The notes beneath the pieces were generated by a model that worked only from the letters and a program-made list of their open reading frames with translations, had not been told where the DNA came from and made no database searches. From Cenarchaeum sp. (GTDB taxonomy: Archaea; Thermoproteota; Nitrososphaeria; Nitrososphaerales; Nitrosopumilaceae), in assembly GCA_963692915.1 (NCBI GenBank), contig OY843584.1, forward strand, positions 544,001 to 608,000: a DNA stretch of 64,000 bases, written 5' to 3'. A program made the position numbers and the translations under genes. Positions 19,293 to 28,999 of this stretch are shown one piece after another. Numbering within the stretch: position 1 is the first letter of the stretch; every line of letters starts with the position of its first letter.

Positions 19293-20011
19293 TCCACCTT
19301 CACCGCCGGCTCGTTGCCCTGCCCTATGGCCATCACAATCTCTGCGGGCACGTCGACCTTCCTGTCGCCTAGGGCCATAGTCGCCATGGCCGGAAGGACA
19401 AACGTCCCCTTTTTTATGGCATCGACGGTTCCAGTGCCTCCCGCGTTTGCCCCGCGCGTGACCATTGCGAGGCATCCCGCATCAAGGCGTATGACCTTTT
19501 CGATCTTTTGATCCGGCACGCCCAGGACGCAAGAGTCGCCCACGCCCACGGCCTCCTCAGTTATGAGCGAGCGGCCGTCGTGGAAGCCCACCTGTGTCTT
19601 GCCTCCGCGGATCGTCACCTTTGATGTGACCTTGCATATCTTTTTGCCCATCTCGGCCGGGTCGTCGACCTTTATGGGGCGCAGTATCTGGCCGTCCCTT
19701 GGGATCATGCGATACATTGCGCCACTGCCTCCGAGCTCGACTGTGTCCATCAGGCCAATTCCGTGATGGAGTGACTTGCGAACGACGCCGTCGACCTTTA
19801 CCTTGCCGGCATATATTGCGGACTTTGCCTCGCGCAGAGTGCGAACCACGCCGAGGATGTCCCTGAGCAGGACTGCGGTGGGCACTGAGAGGCTACGCGC
19901 ATGCTGGCCAGGCTTTACTGTCACGACAAAGCGCTTGTTCTTGCGCGATATTCCCCAAAAGCCCGGCGCCATTTGGCGCTTTAGCTTTTTGCTGCCGGCA
20001 ATGCTGACCAC
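19289..20011 (-). CDS. rps4e: 30S ribosomal protein S4e
   Basis: LKRQMAP, VKVDGVVR, HDGR. Confidence 0.95.
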   Translation of the reverse strand: MVSIAGSKKLKRQMAPGFWGISRKNKRFVVTVKPGQHARSLSVPTAVLLRDILGVVRTLREAKSAIYAGKVKVDGVVRKSLHHGIGLMDTVELGGSGAMYRMIPRDGQILRPIKVDDPAEMGKKICKVTSKVTIRGGKTQVGFHDGRSLITEEAVGVGDSCVLGVPDQKIEKVIRLDAGCLAMVTRGANAGGTGTVDAIKKGTFVLPAMATMALGDRKVDVPAEIVMAIGQGNEPAVKVE

Positions 20012-20544
20012 TAGGTGCTCGCCTCCGTTGTGCGCTTGGCCGCCTTTTTGGCGCCGCCCCTTGCGGCATCGGCCTTCTTTGGTGCGGGCGCAACATCGCG
20101 TGCTGCCTCTTTGGCCGTTTCGCCTGTGGCGTCAGAGTCCGCCGTGCCCTTGGCACCATGCCCTGCCGCCTCGCTCGAACCGCTGTGCCCGCGCGTGGAC
20201 TCGCCGCGTATGCGCTTCATTCTCCTAGAGTCATCAGAGTTTAGCGTTGTCACGACCACATTTGAGGAGTGTATCTCGACGTCAAACTTTTCGCCCTTGC
20301 CCTTTTCCTTCTTTACGCCCTCGATTGCGATTCGGCCTCCGAGCGCAAAGACCGAGGAGACCTTGCCCTCGACATCCTTGTACTCGCCGCGAACCACCTT
20401 TACCGTGTCGCCCATGACGACCCTTACGCTGCGCCGCGAGTGCTTTTGGCGCAGATCCGATGAGAGCGCGGCTCCGAGTTGCCTCGAGCGCACATTGTGC
20501 GTTGCCTGCCATATCTGCTTGTTGCGCATCTTTGAGGGCTTCAT
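20011..20544 (-). CDS. rpl24: 50S ribosomal protein L24 with Ala/Lys-rich tail
   Basis: [15 protein letters not shown] motif, IHSSNV. Confidence 0.93.
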   Translation of the reverse strand: MKPSKMRNKQIWQATHNVRSRQLGAALSSDLRQKHSRRSVRVVMGDTVKVVRGEYKDVEGKVSSVFALGGRIAIEGVKKEKGKGEKFDVEIHSSNVVVTTLNSDDSRRMKRIRGESTRGHSGSSEAAGHGAKGTADSDATGETAKEAARDVAPAPKKADAARGGAKKAAKRTTEAST

Positions 20545-20545
20545 G

Positions 20546-20980
20546 TCATGCCACCATCGATGCCAGGTTTGCTAGCCTTGGCCACTTTTCTGACGCCTCT
20601 GAGGCGACCGGGCCCTTTATCTCGGTGCCCTTTACCTCGCCCTCCTTTGTCGTGAGCACAGCCGCATTGTCCTCAAAGGTCACGCGCACGCCATGGAGCC
20701 TGCGCACAGGGTACTTTTGCCTGATGATGACGGCCCCATAGACCTGCTTGCGGAGCTCGGCAGGACCCTTTTTGACCACAACATTGACAAAGTCGCCGAC
20801 GGCCGCAGCCGGCAGCCTAGAGACGCGCGTCTTTGTCTTTTGAACCATGACTATCTCGAGTATCTTGGCGCCGGTATTGTCAGCACAGACGACCTGTGCG
20901 CCTATGGGCAGCGCCCTGGTGACATACGGCCTAAACTCCTCGACACCGCGCGTCTTGCCGCGGCTGCGACCCTGCGACAA
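20546..20980 (-). CDS. rpl14: 50S ribosomal protein L14
   Basis: [21 protein letters not shown]. Confidence 0.96.
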   Translation of the reverse strand: MSQGRSRGKTRGVEEFRPYVTRALPIGAQVVCADNTGAKILEIVMVQKTKTRVSRLPAAAVGDFVNVVVKKGPAELRKQVYGAVIIRQKYPVRRLHGVRVTFEDNAAVLTTKEGEVKGTEIKGPVASEASEKWPRLANLASMVA

Positions 20981-21310
20981 CTAGGGTTTCGCCTCCACTA
21001 CTACGAACGAGACGGACTTTGAGACCGGCCTGCACTCGGCTGCCATGACCTTCATTCCCACGCTGACGTCAATGTTGGATGGCACGTGCGCGTGTATTCT
21101 GCTGCGGCTGCGCGCGTACCTCTTGAACTTTGATATGTATGCAGGCGTGTCCTTTTCGACTACGACGGTGTTCTTTGCGCTAGATGATACCACAATTCCC
21201 TCAAAGAGCCTTCCGCGGATCGGCAGCGTGCCGTTAAACGGGTTTTTTATGTCGCCATCTGCCGGTTCGCGTGGCGGTGCCGATATGTCGAGGCCAATAT
21301 TGCGCGTCAT
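20981..21310 (-). CDS. rps17: 30S ribosomal protein S17
   Basis: KFKRY, IHAH, ECRPVSKS. Confidence 0.95.
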   Translation of the reverse strand: MTRNIGLDISAPPREPADGDIKNPFNGTLPIRGRLFEGIVVSSSAKNTVVVEKDTPAYISKFKRYARSRSRIHAHVPSNIDVSVGMKVMAAECRPVSKSVSFVVVEAKP

Positions 21311-21570
21311 CTGCGCGCGCCCCTCCTGTCATGTGGCCTGCCGACGAGGAGCGCCCCGTCAACTTCGACGGCACCTGAGCCGCCCATGTCTATGCTGAGC
21401 GAGGATCCCGCCTTTGGAATCCAGCGCGTGCGGCCGCCGTCACGCAGCGCAATCATTGACATTGTTTCATCCATTGCGGTTCCGGCCATGCCTACCAACT
21501 GCGCATTGGTCGAACGCATTACACGCATGTTTGCCCCGATGAGCTCGCGTGCGGCAATGGCGGTGATCAT
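21307..21570 (-). CDS. rnp1: RNase P protein component 1 (Rpp29)
   Basis: ELIG, DETM, IPK, LVGRPHDR; canonical position between rpl29 and rps17. Confidence 0.88.
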   Translation of the reverse strand: MITAIAARELIGANMRVMRSTNAQLVGMAGTAMDETMSMIALRDGGRTRWIPKAGSSLSIDMGGSGAVEVDGALLVGRPHDRRGARR

Positions 21571-21770
21571 TGTGATGCCTCCTCGTTGATGCGCGTGAGC
21601 ATCCTGGCTATTGCCTTCCTCATTGGGCGAATTTTGCCGCTGTCCTTGCGAAGCGTCCCTTTTGAGGAGTCTGTGCGCATCTTTGTCAGCTCGGAGCGCA
21701 TCTCTAGTATCTTTTGGCGCATATCTGCCGTGCTGAGCTTGCGAATCTCCCTCATCTTTAGTCTCCCCAT
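21567..21770 (-). CDS. rpl29: 50S ribosomal protein L29
   Basis: EIRKLS...RKAIARMLT; operon position. Confidence 0.93.
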   Translation of the reverse strand: MGRLKMREIRKLSTADMRQKILEMRSELTKMRTDSSKGTLRKDSGKIRPMRKAIARMLTRINEEASQ

Positions 21771-22540
21771 TAGGACTCGGCCTCCTTTGTGTTCTCTGCA
21801 CCAGAGTCAGCGCTCTTTGCATTCTTGGGATCAGTGCTTGCCTTCTTGGCACTGTCCTCACTCGAGCCTGCGCTTCTTGCCTTTTTGGGATCAACGCGCG
21901 TCTCTTCGGCCTTTTCGATGCGAATCTTTGGCCTCTTTGAGCCGGCGGACTTCATCTCAAAGCTCTCCCTTGCGCGGTACTCTTCTTCCTTTGCTATGCG
22001 TATGCGAATGCCGATGAGGCCCATGGGCGTCTCGACATGGACAATGTCCTCCTCCACGACGGCATCGGCAAATGCGCCTGCCCTGGGCAGGACGCCTATT
22101 GTGCGCTTTTCAAAGGCGGATCTGTCCCCGCGAAGCTTGCCTGAGGCCGTTATCTGCACGCCCTTTGCCCCTCCGGCCATGACCTGGCGCATCGTCCACA
22201 TCACTGCCCTGCGAAAGGCCGTGCCGCGCTTTATGTGTGAGGCGACCCTGTTGCACATGACTGTCGGGGAGAGCTCTGGCTTTGTGTTCTCCTTTACGGA
22301 GATGCGAGGATCCTTGTAGCCAAAGCGCGTCGCAATGTTGTCAGTGAGCCTGCGTATTCCCTCACCCTTGCGGCCAATGACGAGGCCAGGCCTCGTCACG
22401 TGAACCGTTATCGTTGTGCCCGTTGGGCGCGCCTCCACGTCGGCGCCAGAAAATCCGGCATCGCCAATCTCCTCGCGCAGGTATGCCATAAGCTGTAGCG
22501 TGTTATAGTTGTCGCGTATGGCGTTCTTTGTAGATGACAT
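21770..22540 (-). CDS. rps3: 30S ribosomal protein S3
   Basis: [12 protein letters not shown] motif, SGKLRGDR. Confidence 0.95.
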   Translation of the reverse strand: MSSTKNAIRDNYNTLQLMAYLREEIGDAGFSGADVEARPTGTTITVHVTRPGLVIGRKGEGIRRLTDNIATRFGYKDPRISVKENTKPELSPTVMCNRVASHIKRGTAFRRAVMWTMRQVMAGGAKGVQITASGKLRGDRSAFEKRTIGVLPRAGAFADAVVEEDIVHVETPMGLIGIRIRIAKEEEYRARESFEMKSAGSKRPKIRIEKAEETRVDPKKARSAGSSEDSAKKASTDPKNAKSADSGAENTKEAES

Positions 22541-22542
22541 GC

Positions 22543-22998
22543 CTATACCTCCTGGGCCACCAGCTCGACATGCGTGAGCGTATTGTTCTTTGGCGATGCC
22601 CTTCCAAACGCGCGTGGCGTAAAGCGCTCTATCACCATTCCCTTGTGGACAGTCGCGCCGACTATGCGGAGCCTGTCAAGGTCCATGCCCTTGTACTCGG
22701 CGTTTGCCTCAAGGTTGTCAAGGAGGCGGATAAACTCCGTTGCTGCCTTTACGGGATAGCGTCCGGCCATGACTCCAGGATCCGACTTGTGACCCACCTG
22801 TCTCTTGTAGCGGCGCATCGGAACCGCACGCTCTAGCCTCGTGACTGACTGTAGGTAGTCGCGCGCGGCCTCTAGCGTGAGCTTTTTGATGCTAACTGCT
22901 ATCTCGCGCGCATGCTTGTGTGATATCTGCCTCTCGCGCATTGCGGCGCGCACGTGGCGCGTCTCGTCATAGCCTTGGAACGCGTAACCGTATGCCAT
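22543..22998 (-). CDS. rpl22: 50S ribosomal protein L22
   Basis: [21 protein letters not shown]. Confidence 0.95.
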   Translation of the reverse strand: MAYGYAFQGYDETRHVRAAMRERQISHKHAREIAVSIKKLTLEAARDYLQSVTRLERAVPMRRYKRQVGHKSDPGVMAGRYPVKAATEFIRLLDNLEANAEYKGMDLDRLRIVGATVHKGMVIERFTPRAFGRASPKNNTLTHVELVAQEV

Positions 22999-23003
22999 GT
23001 CAA

Positions 23004-23399
23004 TCACTTTAGTGGCACATAGAGGCTTGACCTCGACGCCCCCACGCCAGGCGCTCCGTGGTTTACGCGCTTGTTTGTCACGACGAACTCGCCAAGATAG
23101 CGGCCTATCATCTCGGGCACAATGGTGACCTCGCGAAACTCCTTGCCAGAAAATACGCTTACCTTTGCGCCGACCATGTAGGGCAGGACGATGAGATCCC
23201 TGACGTGGGTTCGGATCTCCCCGCGTGACTCGCCTGCGCGCGCGGCCTTTATCTCCCGGGTCAGCTTGCGCTTGCCGTCAGTAAGACCGCGCGAGAGGGA
23301 TCTTCGCTGCCTCGCCGTGAACAGGCCAAACCAGCTCTCCGAGGGCATTGCCTCTAGCTCCTGCAGCGGAATTCCCCTATAGTCGAACTTTTTTACCAT
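23004..23399 (-). CDS. rps19: 30S ribosomal protein S19
   Basis: IRTHVRD, PEMIGRYLGEF, HGAPGVGASRSS. Confidence 0.95.
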   Translation of the reverse strand: MVKKFDYRGIPLQELEAMPSESWFGLFTARQRRSLSRGLTDGKRKLTREIKAARAGESRGEIRTHVRDLIVLPYMVGAKVSVFSGKEFREVTIVPEMIGRYLGEFVVTNKRVNHGAPGVGASRSSLYVPLK

Positions 23400-23438
23400 T
23401 GCTGGCTGCCTCTGAGGGGGGATTCACGCGTGGCCATA

Positions 23439-23705
23439 TTAGAGCATTCCTATTTTTGTGGCCAGATCGCGTGCCTTTTCGGCCGTCTCGAACTTTACGA
23501 ACGCCTTTTTGCCGTATATCGTGCGAGCCGTGTTGACGCCCACAGCCTTTTGGCCATAGAGCTCGCCTATGGCCTCAATGACCTGCGCCTTGGTCGCGGC
23601 CCTGTCCACGATAAAGCACACCTTTGCCTCCTTTTCGACCATCGCAAAGGTCTTCTCGGTGATGTACGGGCGAATGACCGTTGCCGTGGCCTCCTCGGCG
23701 TTCAA
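23439..23705 (-). CDS. rpl23: 50S ribosomal protein L23
   Basis: PYITEK, KKAFVKF. Confidence 0.95.
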   Translation of the reverse strand: MNAEEATATVIRPYITEKTFAMVEKEAKVCFIVDRAATKAQVIEAIGELYGQKAVGVNTARTIYGKKAFVKFETAEKARDLATKIGML

Positions 23706-24517
23706 CGTCGAACCTCCATGGCCTCTAGGTGCGGAGTGGCGATCTTTGATATCTCGCCGATCGCCGACTCGGTATAGACGGTGAGCCTTATTGGCGAGGC
23801 GCCCGGTGCAAGATCCAGCACGCTAAGGTCGCGCGCGCGGCAGACATCGACGCCGGGAACTGATCCGCACGCCCTGGAGAGTGCACCATCGTCACCTGTA
23901 ACGAACAGGACGCTCTTGCCGACCTTTTTGGTCCGTCCGCGCAGGGCCGGCTTGCCGCTGCGGCGCCCCCTTGCGAGGAGGCGCTCGACGTCCGGATAGA
24001 GGCCGAGTGCGCCAAGGAGTGCTGTGACGCCCTTTGCAGTCGACGTCTTTTCAACGTCGTCGCTGACAACAATTGGCAGGTTGGCCCCCTCTGGAACTCG
24101 GTGGCCGCGCTCCACGACTAGCGCCCTGTCCGCAGTTGCCGCAATCGCCGAGCAGAGCGCGAGCCTGCGCTCCTTGCGGTTTATCCTCTTGTGTATGCGC
24201 CGCTCGGCCTTTGGCGGGTGTGCCTGCCTGCCGCCGCGAACCGACGCGACGCCGGCGGCCTCGCCCTGGCGCCTCCCGCCACTGGTGCGGATTCGCGCAA
24301 TCCTTGCCTGCCCGTGGCCAGTTGGCGGGTCGGCTGACCTTGCCACCACATCCATGCCCGCAGTCGGGTGGGTTCCCTTTGGCTGAAAGTGGTGCGTGTT
24401 CATTATGGTGTATGCGCGAGTTATGATGTCGTTGCGCACGGGCGTATCAAAGACGCGCGGGAGCTCGACCTTTCCGCCGCCAGACCCGTCAGGCTTTACA
24501 ACTGCAACGCTTGTCAT
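23702..24517 (-). CDS. rpl4: 50S ribosomal protein L4
   Basis: GGRQAHPP, INRKERRLA, DLAPG. Confidence 0.95.
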   Translation of the reverse strand: MTSVAVVKPDGSGGGKVELPRVFDTPVRNDIITRAYTIMNTHHFQPKGTHPTAGMDVVARSADPPTGHGQARIARIRTSGGRRQGEAAGVASVRGGRQAHPPKAERRIHKRINRKERRLALCSAIAATADRALVVERGHRVPEGANLPIVVSDDVEKTSTAKGVTALLGALGLYPDVERLLARGRRSGKPALRGRTKKVGKSVLFVTGDDGALSRACGSVPGVDVCRARDLSVLDLAPGASPIRLTVYTESAIGEISKIATPHLEAMEVRR

Positions 24518-25500
24518 GTGATTACCTCCAGAACGTTTGGCTTGGCGACCTTTGCGGCGGCGGCGCGCAGCGGTGCCCTGAGCTTTATGAGCCTTCGCGG
24601 CGTTCCTGGAACAGAGCCCATCAGCACGACATAGTCGCCCTTTACGTTGCCGAAGCGAAGGTGGCCGCCTGCGGGGTTTATCGGGTCATCATCCCCCGCG
24701 CTGCCCATGATCATTATGCGCTTGTTGTACTCTACGCGCTGGTGCGAGCCCATCTGGCCGGGACGCGGGACGGTATACATGACATACTGGGGCGATATTG
24801 GCCCAAGTGAGCCAAGCTCCCTGACGCTCTTTCTTGACTTGTGCTGTTTTCGCTTTGCGCCGTATCGCTTTATGACGCTCTGCCATCCCTTGCCGCGCGT
24901 TATGGCCGCAACATCAACGGTTGCGCCGGCCTCAAAAACCCTGTCAACGCCGACCTCCTTGCCAAGGAGTCCGGAGACATACTCGAACTGTGCAGTCACG
25001 TCGCCTCCGCCTATTGCGGCCTCAAATATGTATGGCGTCTTTTGGCCAGTGCCCACGTCCTCCGGGGTCACGGCGAGTATCGCAAACATCTTGCTTATCC
25101 GGCCAAGTGATGACTTTGCCGCATCTAGTGCGCCCTCGGCGCTCTTGAACGCCGCATGCTTGGAGATCTTTTTGGGAATGTCCTTTGCATAGACGTCAAA
25201 CTCGGCGTGATGGCCATCATGGTCTTGCGAGTAGCCCCTCACGCCAATGACTGTTGCCGGCGGAGTCACGATGATGGTTCCGACGCTGACTAGCTGCTTG
25301 CCGTGGTTTGGCGTGTGCTCGCGATCATCAATGCTGACGACCCGTACACACCCGGCCTTGAATCCCGCATGGGCCAGCATGCGCGGCTCGCCGTTAACGG
25401 TGGGCCACGTGCGAATCCTGGCCTCCATGGTCCCGGCGCGCTTTCGCGGCAGGTATGCAAGGCTGCCCCTGCGCGGCTGACTGTGCTTTCTGTGGCCCAT
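24514..25500 (-). CDS. rpl3: 50S ribosomal protein L3
   Basis: PRRGSL, TRGKG, GQMGSHQR, GSVPG. Confidence 0.96.
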   Translation of the reverse strand: MGHRKHSQPRRGSLAYLPRKRAGTMEARIRTWPTVNGEPRMLAHAGFKAGCVRVVSIDDREHTPNHGKQLVSVGTIIVTPPATVIGVRGYSQDHDGHHAEFDVYAKDIPKKISKHAAFKSAEGALDAAKSSLGRISKMFAILAVTPEDVGTGQKTPYIFEAAIGGGDVTAQFEYVSGLLGKEVGVDRVFEAGATVDVAAITRGKGWQSVIKRYGAKRKQHKSRKSVRELGSLGPISPQYVMYTVPRPGQMGSHQRVEYNKRIMIMGSAGDDDPINPAGGHLRFGNVKGDYVVLMGSVPGTPRRLIKLRAPLRAAAAKVAKPNVLEVIT

Positions 25501-25805
25501 TTGGGCAGGAGGCTCATTCTGCCCCTTTTAACTATTATTGGCTAGCCGGCGTATGGGGCAAGCACCCCTGCCCATTTTGGCCAAATTGGCGTGATCCTGC
25601 CGACTCGCCTATCGCCTATCGCAGATGCGCTATACTGTGCGCATTGCCATGCGGCAATGGCGCCATTGGCCCCGGGCAGCACGCGCAATGGCCAAAAGGC
25701 TCGCATCATTCCACAAGCGCCAAGAGCGCAATCCACAAAAATGCCCCACCGGCTGCAATGCCTGCGCCGCCGGCAGCCATTGCGAGGACGAGGCGCCTAC
25801 GTGCC

Positions 25806-26624
25806 CTATGCACTCTCACCACCGCCGGGTGCCGCATCAAGTATGGACAGCGTGCCGAGGATCGCCTCTTCGAGCCTGACGGTTGCCGTGCGCTGGTTTG
25901 GAAAAAAGTTGACCATTTTCGCGTTTTGCACCCGTGCGGCCTGTGAGCCAAGAATCTGTGGAAGGCCCCTGTCAGAGGAACCAAAGACGACTAGCGTATT
26001 GCCGTTGCGTGCCCTGCGCGCCGCTCCCGCACCGCCGGGCTTGCCGCGCCGCGATGTGAGTATGACCGGACCGTTCCATGAGCGCAGCAGCTCAATGAGG
26101 CTAGAGCGCGCAAGCACGCCGTATCCCCAGTAGCCCGGCGCCTCTGCGGCGCTTACCTCCTTTGATGCGAGCTCGGGCGGGCCGGACTTTAGGCGAACCG
26201 TGACGCGCGAGCCGGCGCGCTTGTCCCCGCGATACGCAAGGGGCCGGCCGAGGCCAACGTCGACGACCTTTGATCCGCGTACGACGGCCACGACACCCTC
26301 GCGAACGTCACCTGCCCTGACGTCGCGCACGTGGCGCGGGACTGTGTGGCTTGGAATCTGCAGCGGGTGCATGACGCCGACGTGGCGGAGTGCGTCGATC
26401 CTTGGATAGAGGACGCGGCGCAGGTACTGCGGGGTCTCGGCATAGCGCAACAGGCTCACAAGAAACGACGCGTCCTCGCGCGATGCGCGATCGCCATACA
26501 CGTACACCTCCCTGACCCCAAATATCGCGCACGCGCGGGCGATCGAGGACGCCTTTCTGGTCTTGGACTCGCGCGTCGGCTCATCAGATATGGCCGAGTC
26601 CGGAATTGCCACTGAAAGTGCCAT
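25806..26624 (-). CDS. SPOUT-family RNA methyltransferase (DUF171)
   Basis: ARACAIFGV, ETPQYLR, NFFPNQ.TATVRLEEA; conserved upstream of rpl3. Confidence 0.88.
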   Translation of the reverse strand: MALSVAIPDSAISDEPTRESKTRKASSIARACAIFGVREVYVYGDRASREDASFLVSLLRYAETPQYLRRVLYPRIDALRHVGVMHPLQIPSHTVPRHVRDVRAGDVREGVVAVVRGSKVVDVGLGRPLAYRGDKRAGSRVTVRLKSGPPELASKEVSAAEAPGYWGYGVLARSSLIELLRSWNGPVILTSRRGKPGGAGAARRARNGNTLVVFGSSDRGLPQILGSQAARVQNAKMVNFFPNQRTATVRLEEAILGTLSILDAAPGGGESA

Positions 26625-26666
26625 GTGGCACGTGCCCTGCGCGCCGCAATAAAAGGAGTGTGGGCA

Positions 26667-27410
26667 CTATGGGCCGGCGCTGTCGACATATGCGGTCTTT
26701 GCCGCATTGGTGATGGACTCTACGTCCGCATCTGAGACTATCTCAAAGGTGCGCGTGCTCGCAGACACACGGGCCATCCTGATGCGACTTCCCTTGTCAG
26801 CGTCGCTGCGCGACATCTGTATTGCCGCCGCTGCAAGCTTTGTCGCATCATCAAGCCCCATGTCCGCACTGTAGGCCTTTTCAAGGAATTTTGTGACGTC
26901 GTCAGTTCCTGCGCCGATGGCCACGGCATCATACGATATGTACGTCCCGCTCGGGTCAGTCAGGAACAGCCTGCCTATTCCGTCACCGTCGACTCCGGCG
27001 AGTATGAGCGCGACGCCAAACGGCCTCACGCCGGCAAACTGCGTGAACTGCTGTGCCTGGTCGGCGATGTGCCTTGCGACCGTCTCGACATCGACGTCCT
27101 CGTCGTATATGAGGCGGTTGCTCTGTGAAAAGAACCTCGCATTGTCAACCTGGCTTCTGGCGTCCGGAATGTATCCGGCGGCGGCAACGCCGATATGGCC
27201 GTCAACCTGGAATATCTTTTGGAGCCTGTCTGATATCTGGAGCTTGCGCGAGCTCTCCTCGACTCCGATCACGATGCCCTCGCGCGACTTTACGCCCACT
27301 GCGATAGTTCCACGCCTGACTGTCTCGATGGCGTACTCGACCTGGTACAGGCGCCCGTCAGGCGAGAATACGGTTATGGCCCTGTCATAGCCCTGCTGCG
27401 CTGGAAGCAA
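26667..27410 (-). CDS. psmA: Proteasome alpha subunit
   Basis: YDRAITVFSPDGRLYQVEYA. Confidence 0.97.
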   Translation of the reverse strand: MLPAQQGYDRAITVFSPDGRLYQVEYAIETVRRGTIAVGVKSREGIVIGVEESSRKLQISDRLQKIFQVDGHIGVAAAGYIPDARSQVDNARFFSQSNRLIYDEDVDVETVARHIADQAQQFTQFAGVRPFGVALILAGVDGDGIGRLFLTDPSGTYISYDAVAIGAGTDDVTKFLEKAYSADMGLDDATKLAAAAIQMSRSDADKGSRIRMARVSASTRTFEIVSDADVESITNAAKTAYVDSAGP

Positions 27411-27462
27411 TGCGGCATGCCCGATTAACGTTTAATTTAAGTCATGCCGCACACGCACGCCA

Positions 27463-27879
27463 TTGAGGTTTGAGATCGAGTTTTTTGGGCACGAGAACGT
27501 GCGTGCGCTGCACGAGAAGACCATAGAGGTCACGCGTGATGGCGCACTCACGCCCGCCGGGGACTGCGTCATCGGCGTGGGGGCCTCATGCGCGTGCGCA
27601 GGCCTGCCTGATGCGCTAAAGGCGCGCCTGCGCGATGCCTCCGCAGAGGTGAGGATCGAGATCGCAGTGGACAGCATGGCCTTTGCCGTGCGTGGCAGGG
27701 GCGACCCGTCCCTGGCCCTGAGTGACGCGCGTGACATTGTCGTGCGAAAGAGCTCATACGCGTGCCCGCGCACGATTGCCGTGGGGTGTGATGCGGCATC
27801 TGACTCGATGCCCCGCGAGATGGTCCGCGCGCTGCGCGAGCAGGGCGTGCGGGCGACGCTCTCAATAGAGGTTTGCTAG
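27463..27879 (+). CDS. DUF371 family protein
   Basis: GHENVRALH.KTIEVTRD, GDCVIGV, VVRKS. Confidence 0.88.
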   Translation: MRFEIEFFGHENVRALHEKTIEVTRDGALTPAGDCVIGVGASCACAGLPDALKARLRDASAEVRIEIAVDSMAFAVRGRGDPSLALSDARDIVVRKSSYACPRTIAVGCDAASDSMPREMVRALREQGVRATLSIEVC

Positions 27880-27917
27880 GTCAGACTTATAGCCCACATG
27901 GGCGCCAGCAGGGCACG

Positions 27918-28040
27918 ATGAGCCCGCTTCTCTCAAAGGTTCTAGTCATAGTGCCCCTTGCAATCATGGCTGGCGTCATATTCGGGTTTGGCATATACAA
28001 CACGCTCTGCAAAAACTCCAACATTGAACTGGGCTGCTAG
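27918..28040 (+). CDS. Small single-TM protein (40 aa)
   Basis: MSPLLSKVLVIVPLAIMAGVIFGFGIYNTLCKNSNIELGC; TTATA about 30 bp upstream. Confidence 0.55.
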   Translation: MSPLLSKVLVIVPLAIMAGVIFGFGIYNTLCKNSNIELGC

Positions 28041-28109
28041 CGCGCCTTGCGCTGCATGTGGATCCCGACGCACCACGATCCTAATAAGCGCCGATGACAT
28101 GGCCGGGGC

Positions 28110-28442
28110 ATGGGGTCGCAAATAGAGGCCGAGCTTGGCGGAGATGCCACTGCCGAGCAGCTCGACGAGATACGCGAGTGCCTGCGCGAGATGCCAGTCT
28201 CGGAGGCACTCGCGGGCCTGCGATTTGCCCGGCGCAGGTGGGAGTCCAAGGACTCCGGCACGCTTCGCGTGGGTCGCAAGAGCATCGTGCAAAAGGAGGT
28301 TCACTCCGTCACTGCCGAGCAGGCCAGGTGGCGCCTGGACAACTGGCGGCTCATGGTGACCAACTATCGAAGGCGCGGATACAGCTATCCGACCATTAGC
28401 CGCATAAAAAAAGAGCTTGCGGTCCGTGCCGGCAAACCCTAG
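28110..28442 (+). CDS. Hypothetical protein
   Basis: Typical codon use; C-terminal YSYPTISRIK helix-turn-helix-like segment. Confidence 0.7.
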   Translation: MGSQIEAELGGDATAEQLDEIRECLREMPVSEALAGLRFARRRWESKDSGTLRVGRKSIVQKEVHSVTAEQARWRLDNWRLMVTNYRRRGYSYPTISRIKKELAVRAGKP

Positions 28443-28936
28443 GGCTTGCGACCGCCGGTTATTCCCGATGCGTGATCCCATGTCGAATAGTATGATGGCT
28501 CTATCTCTATGAGCACGGACTGGCCAGCCTTTACGCCATCGAGCAGTGCGGCCGCAATGTCATTGTCAAGGCTTCCGGTGTACTTTAGCATGATTCTCTC
28601 GGCTATGGGCAGCGCCATGCCAATGTCCTCATGCAGCGTCGCGATGCCCTTGCCGCGAACTCCCCTGTACGGGACGCGCTCGTCATCGACGCAAAAATAC
28701 ACGCGTGATGTCCTCCTGATGTTGGCCACCTTTTTGGATGCCCTGGAGGCGTCAATGTAGAGCCTTTCACGCTCATAGACATACCACACGGGATGGACGT
28801 TGGCATCACCGTCAGCATCAACGGTGCCAAGCTGCAGGTTTAGCTTGCTCTTTTCCAAAAAGTCAATGGCCTGTCCCTCTTGCAGGGCATCGCCGAATCC
28901 GGGGCTTGCGTGATATATCCTCAAGTCTGCGCGCAT
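28439..28936 (-). CDS. Pyridoxamine 5'-phosphate oxidase-like (flavin/F420-binding) protein
   Basis: LGTVD...HPVWY, SKKVANI, PYRGVRGKG. Confidence 0.88.
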   Translation of the reverse strand: MRADLRIYHASPGFGDALQEGQAIDFLEKSKLNLQLGTVDADGDANVHPVWYVYERERLYIDASRASKKVANIRRTSRVYFCVDDERVPYRGVRGKGIATLHEDIGMALPIAERIMLKYTGSLDNDIAAALLDGVKAGQSVLIEIEPSYYSTWDHASGITGGRKP

Positions 28937-28999
28937 TGTGCGCCACGGGTTTTAAAACGCTTTGTGGCCGTGCATGGCATACAGAGTTCGTGCCCTGGT

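Noticed and set aside
20011-22540. Low-complexity Ala/Lys/Glu tails on L24 and S3
   Set aside because: Such extensions are common in this lineage
23400-23438. Missing rpl2, and ribosomal cluster ending at rpl6
   Set aside because: To my knowledge a split cluster is usual in Thaumarchaeota, so this is not a novel loss
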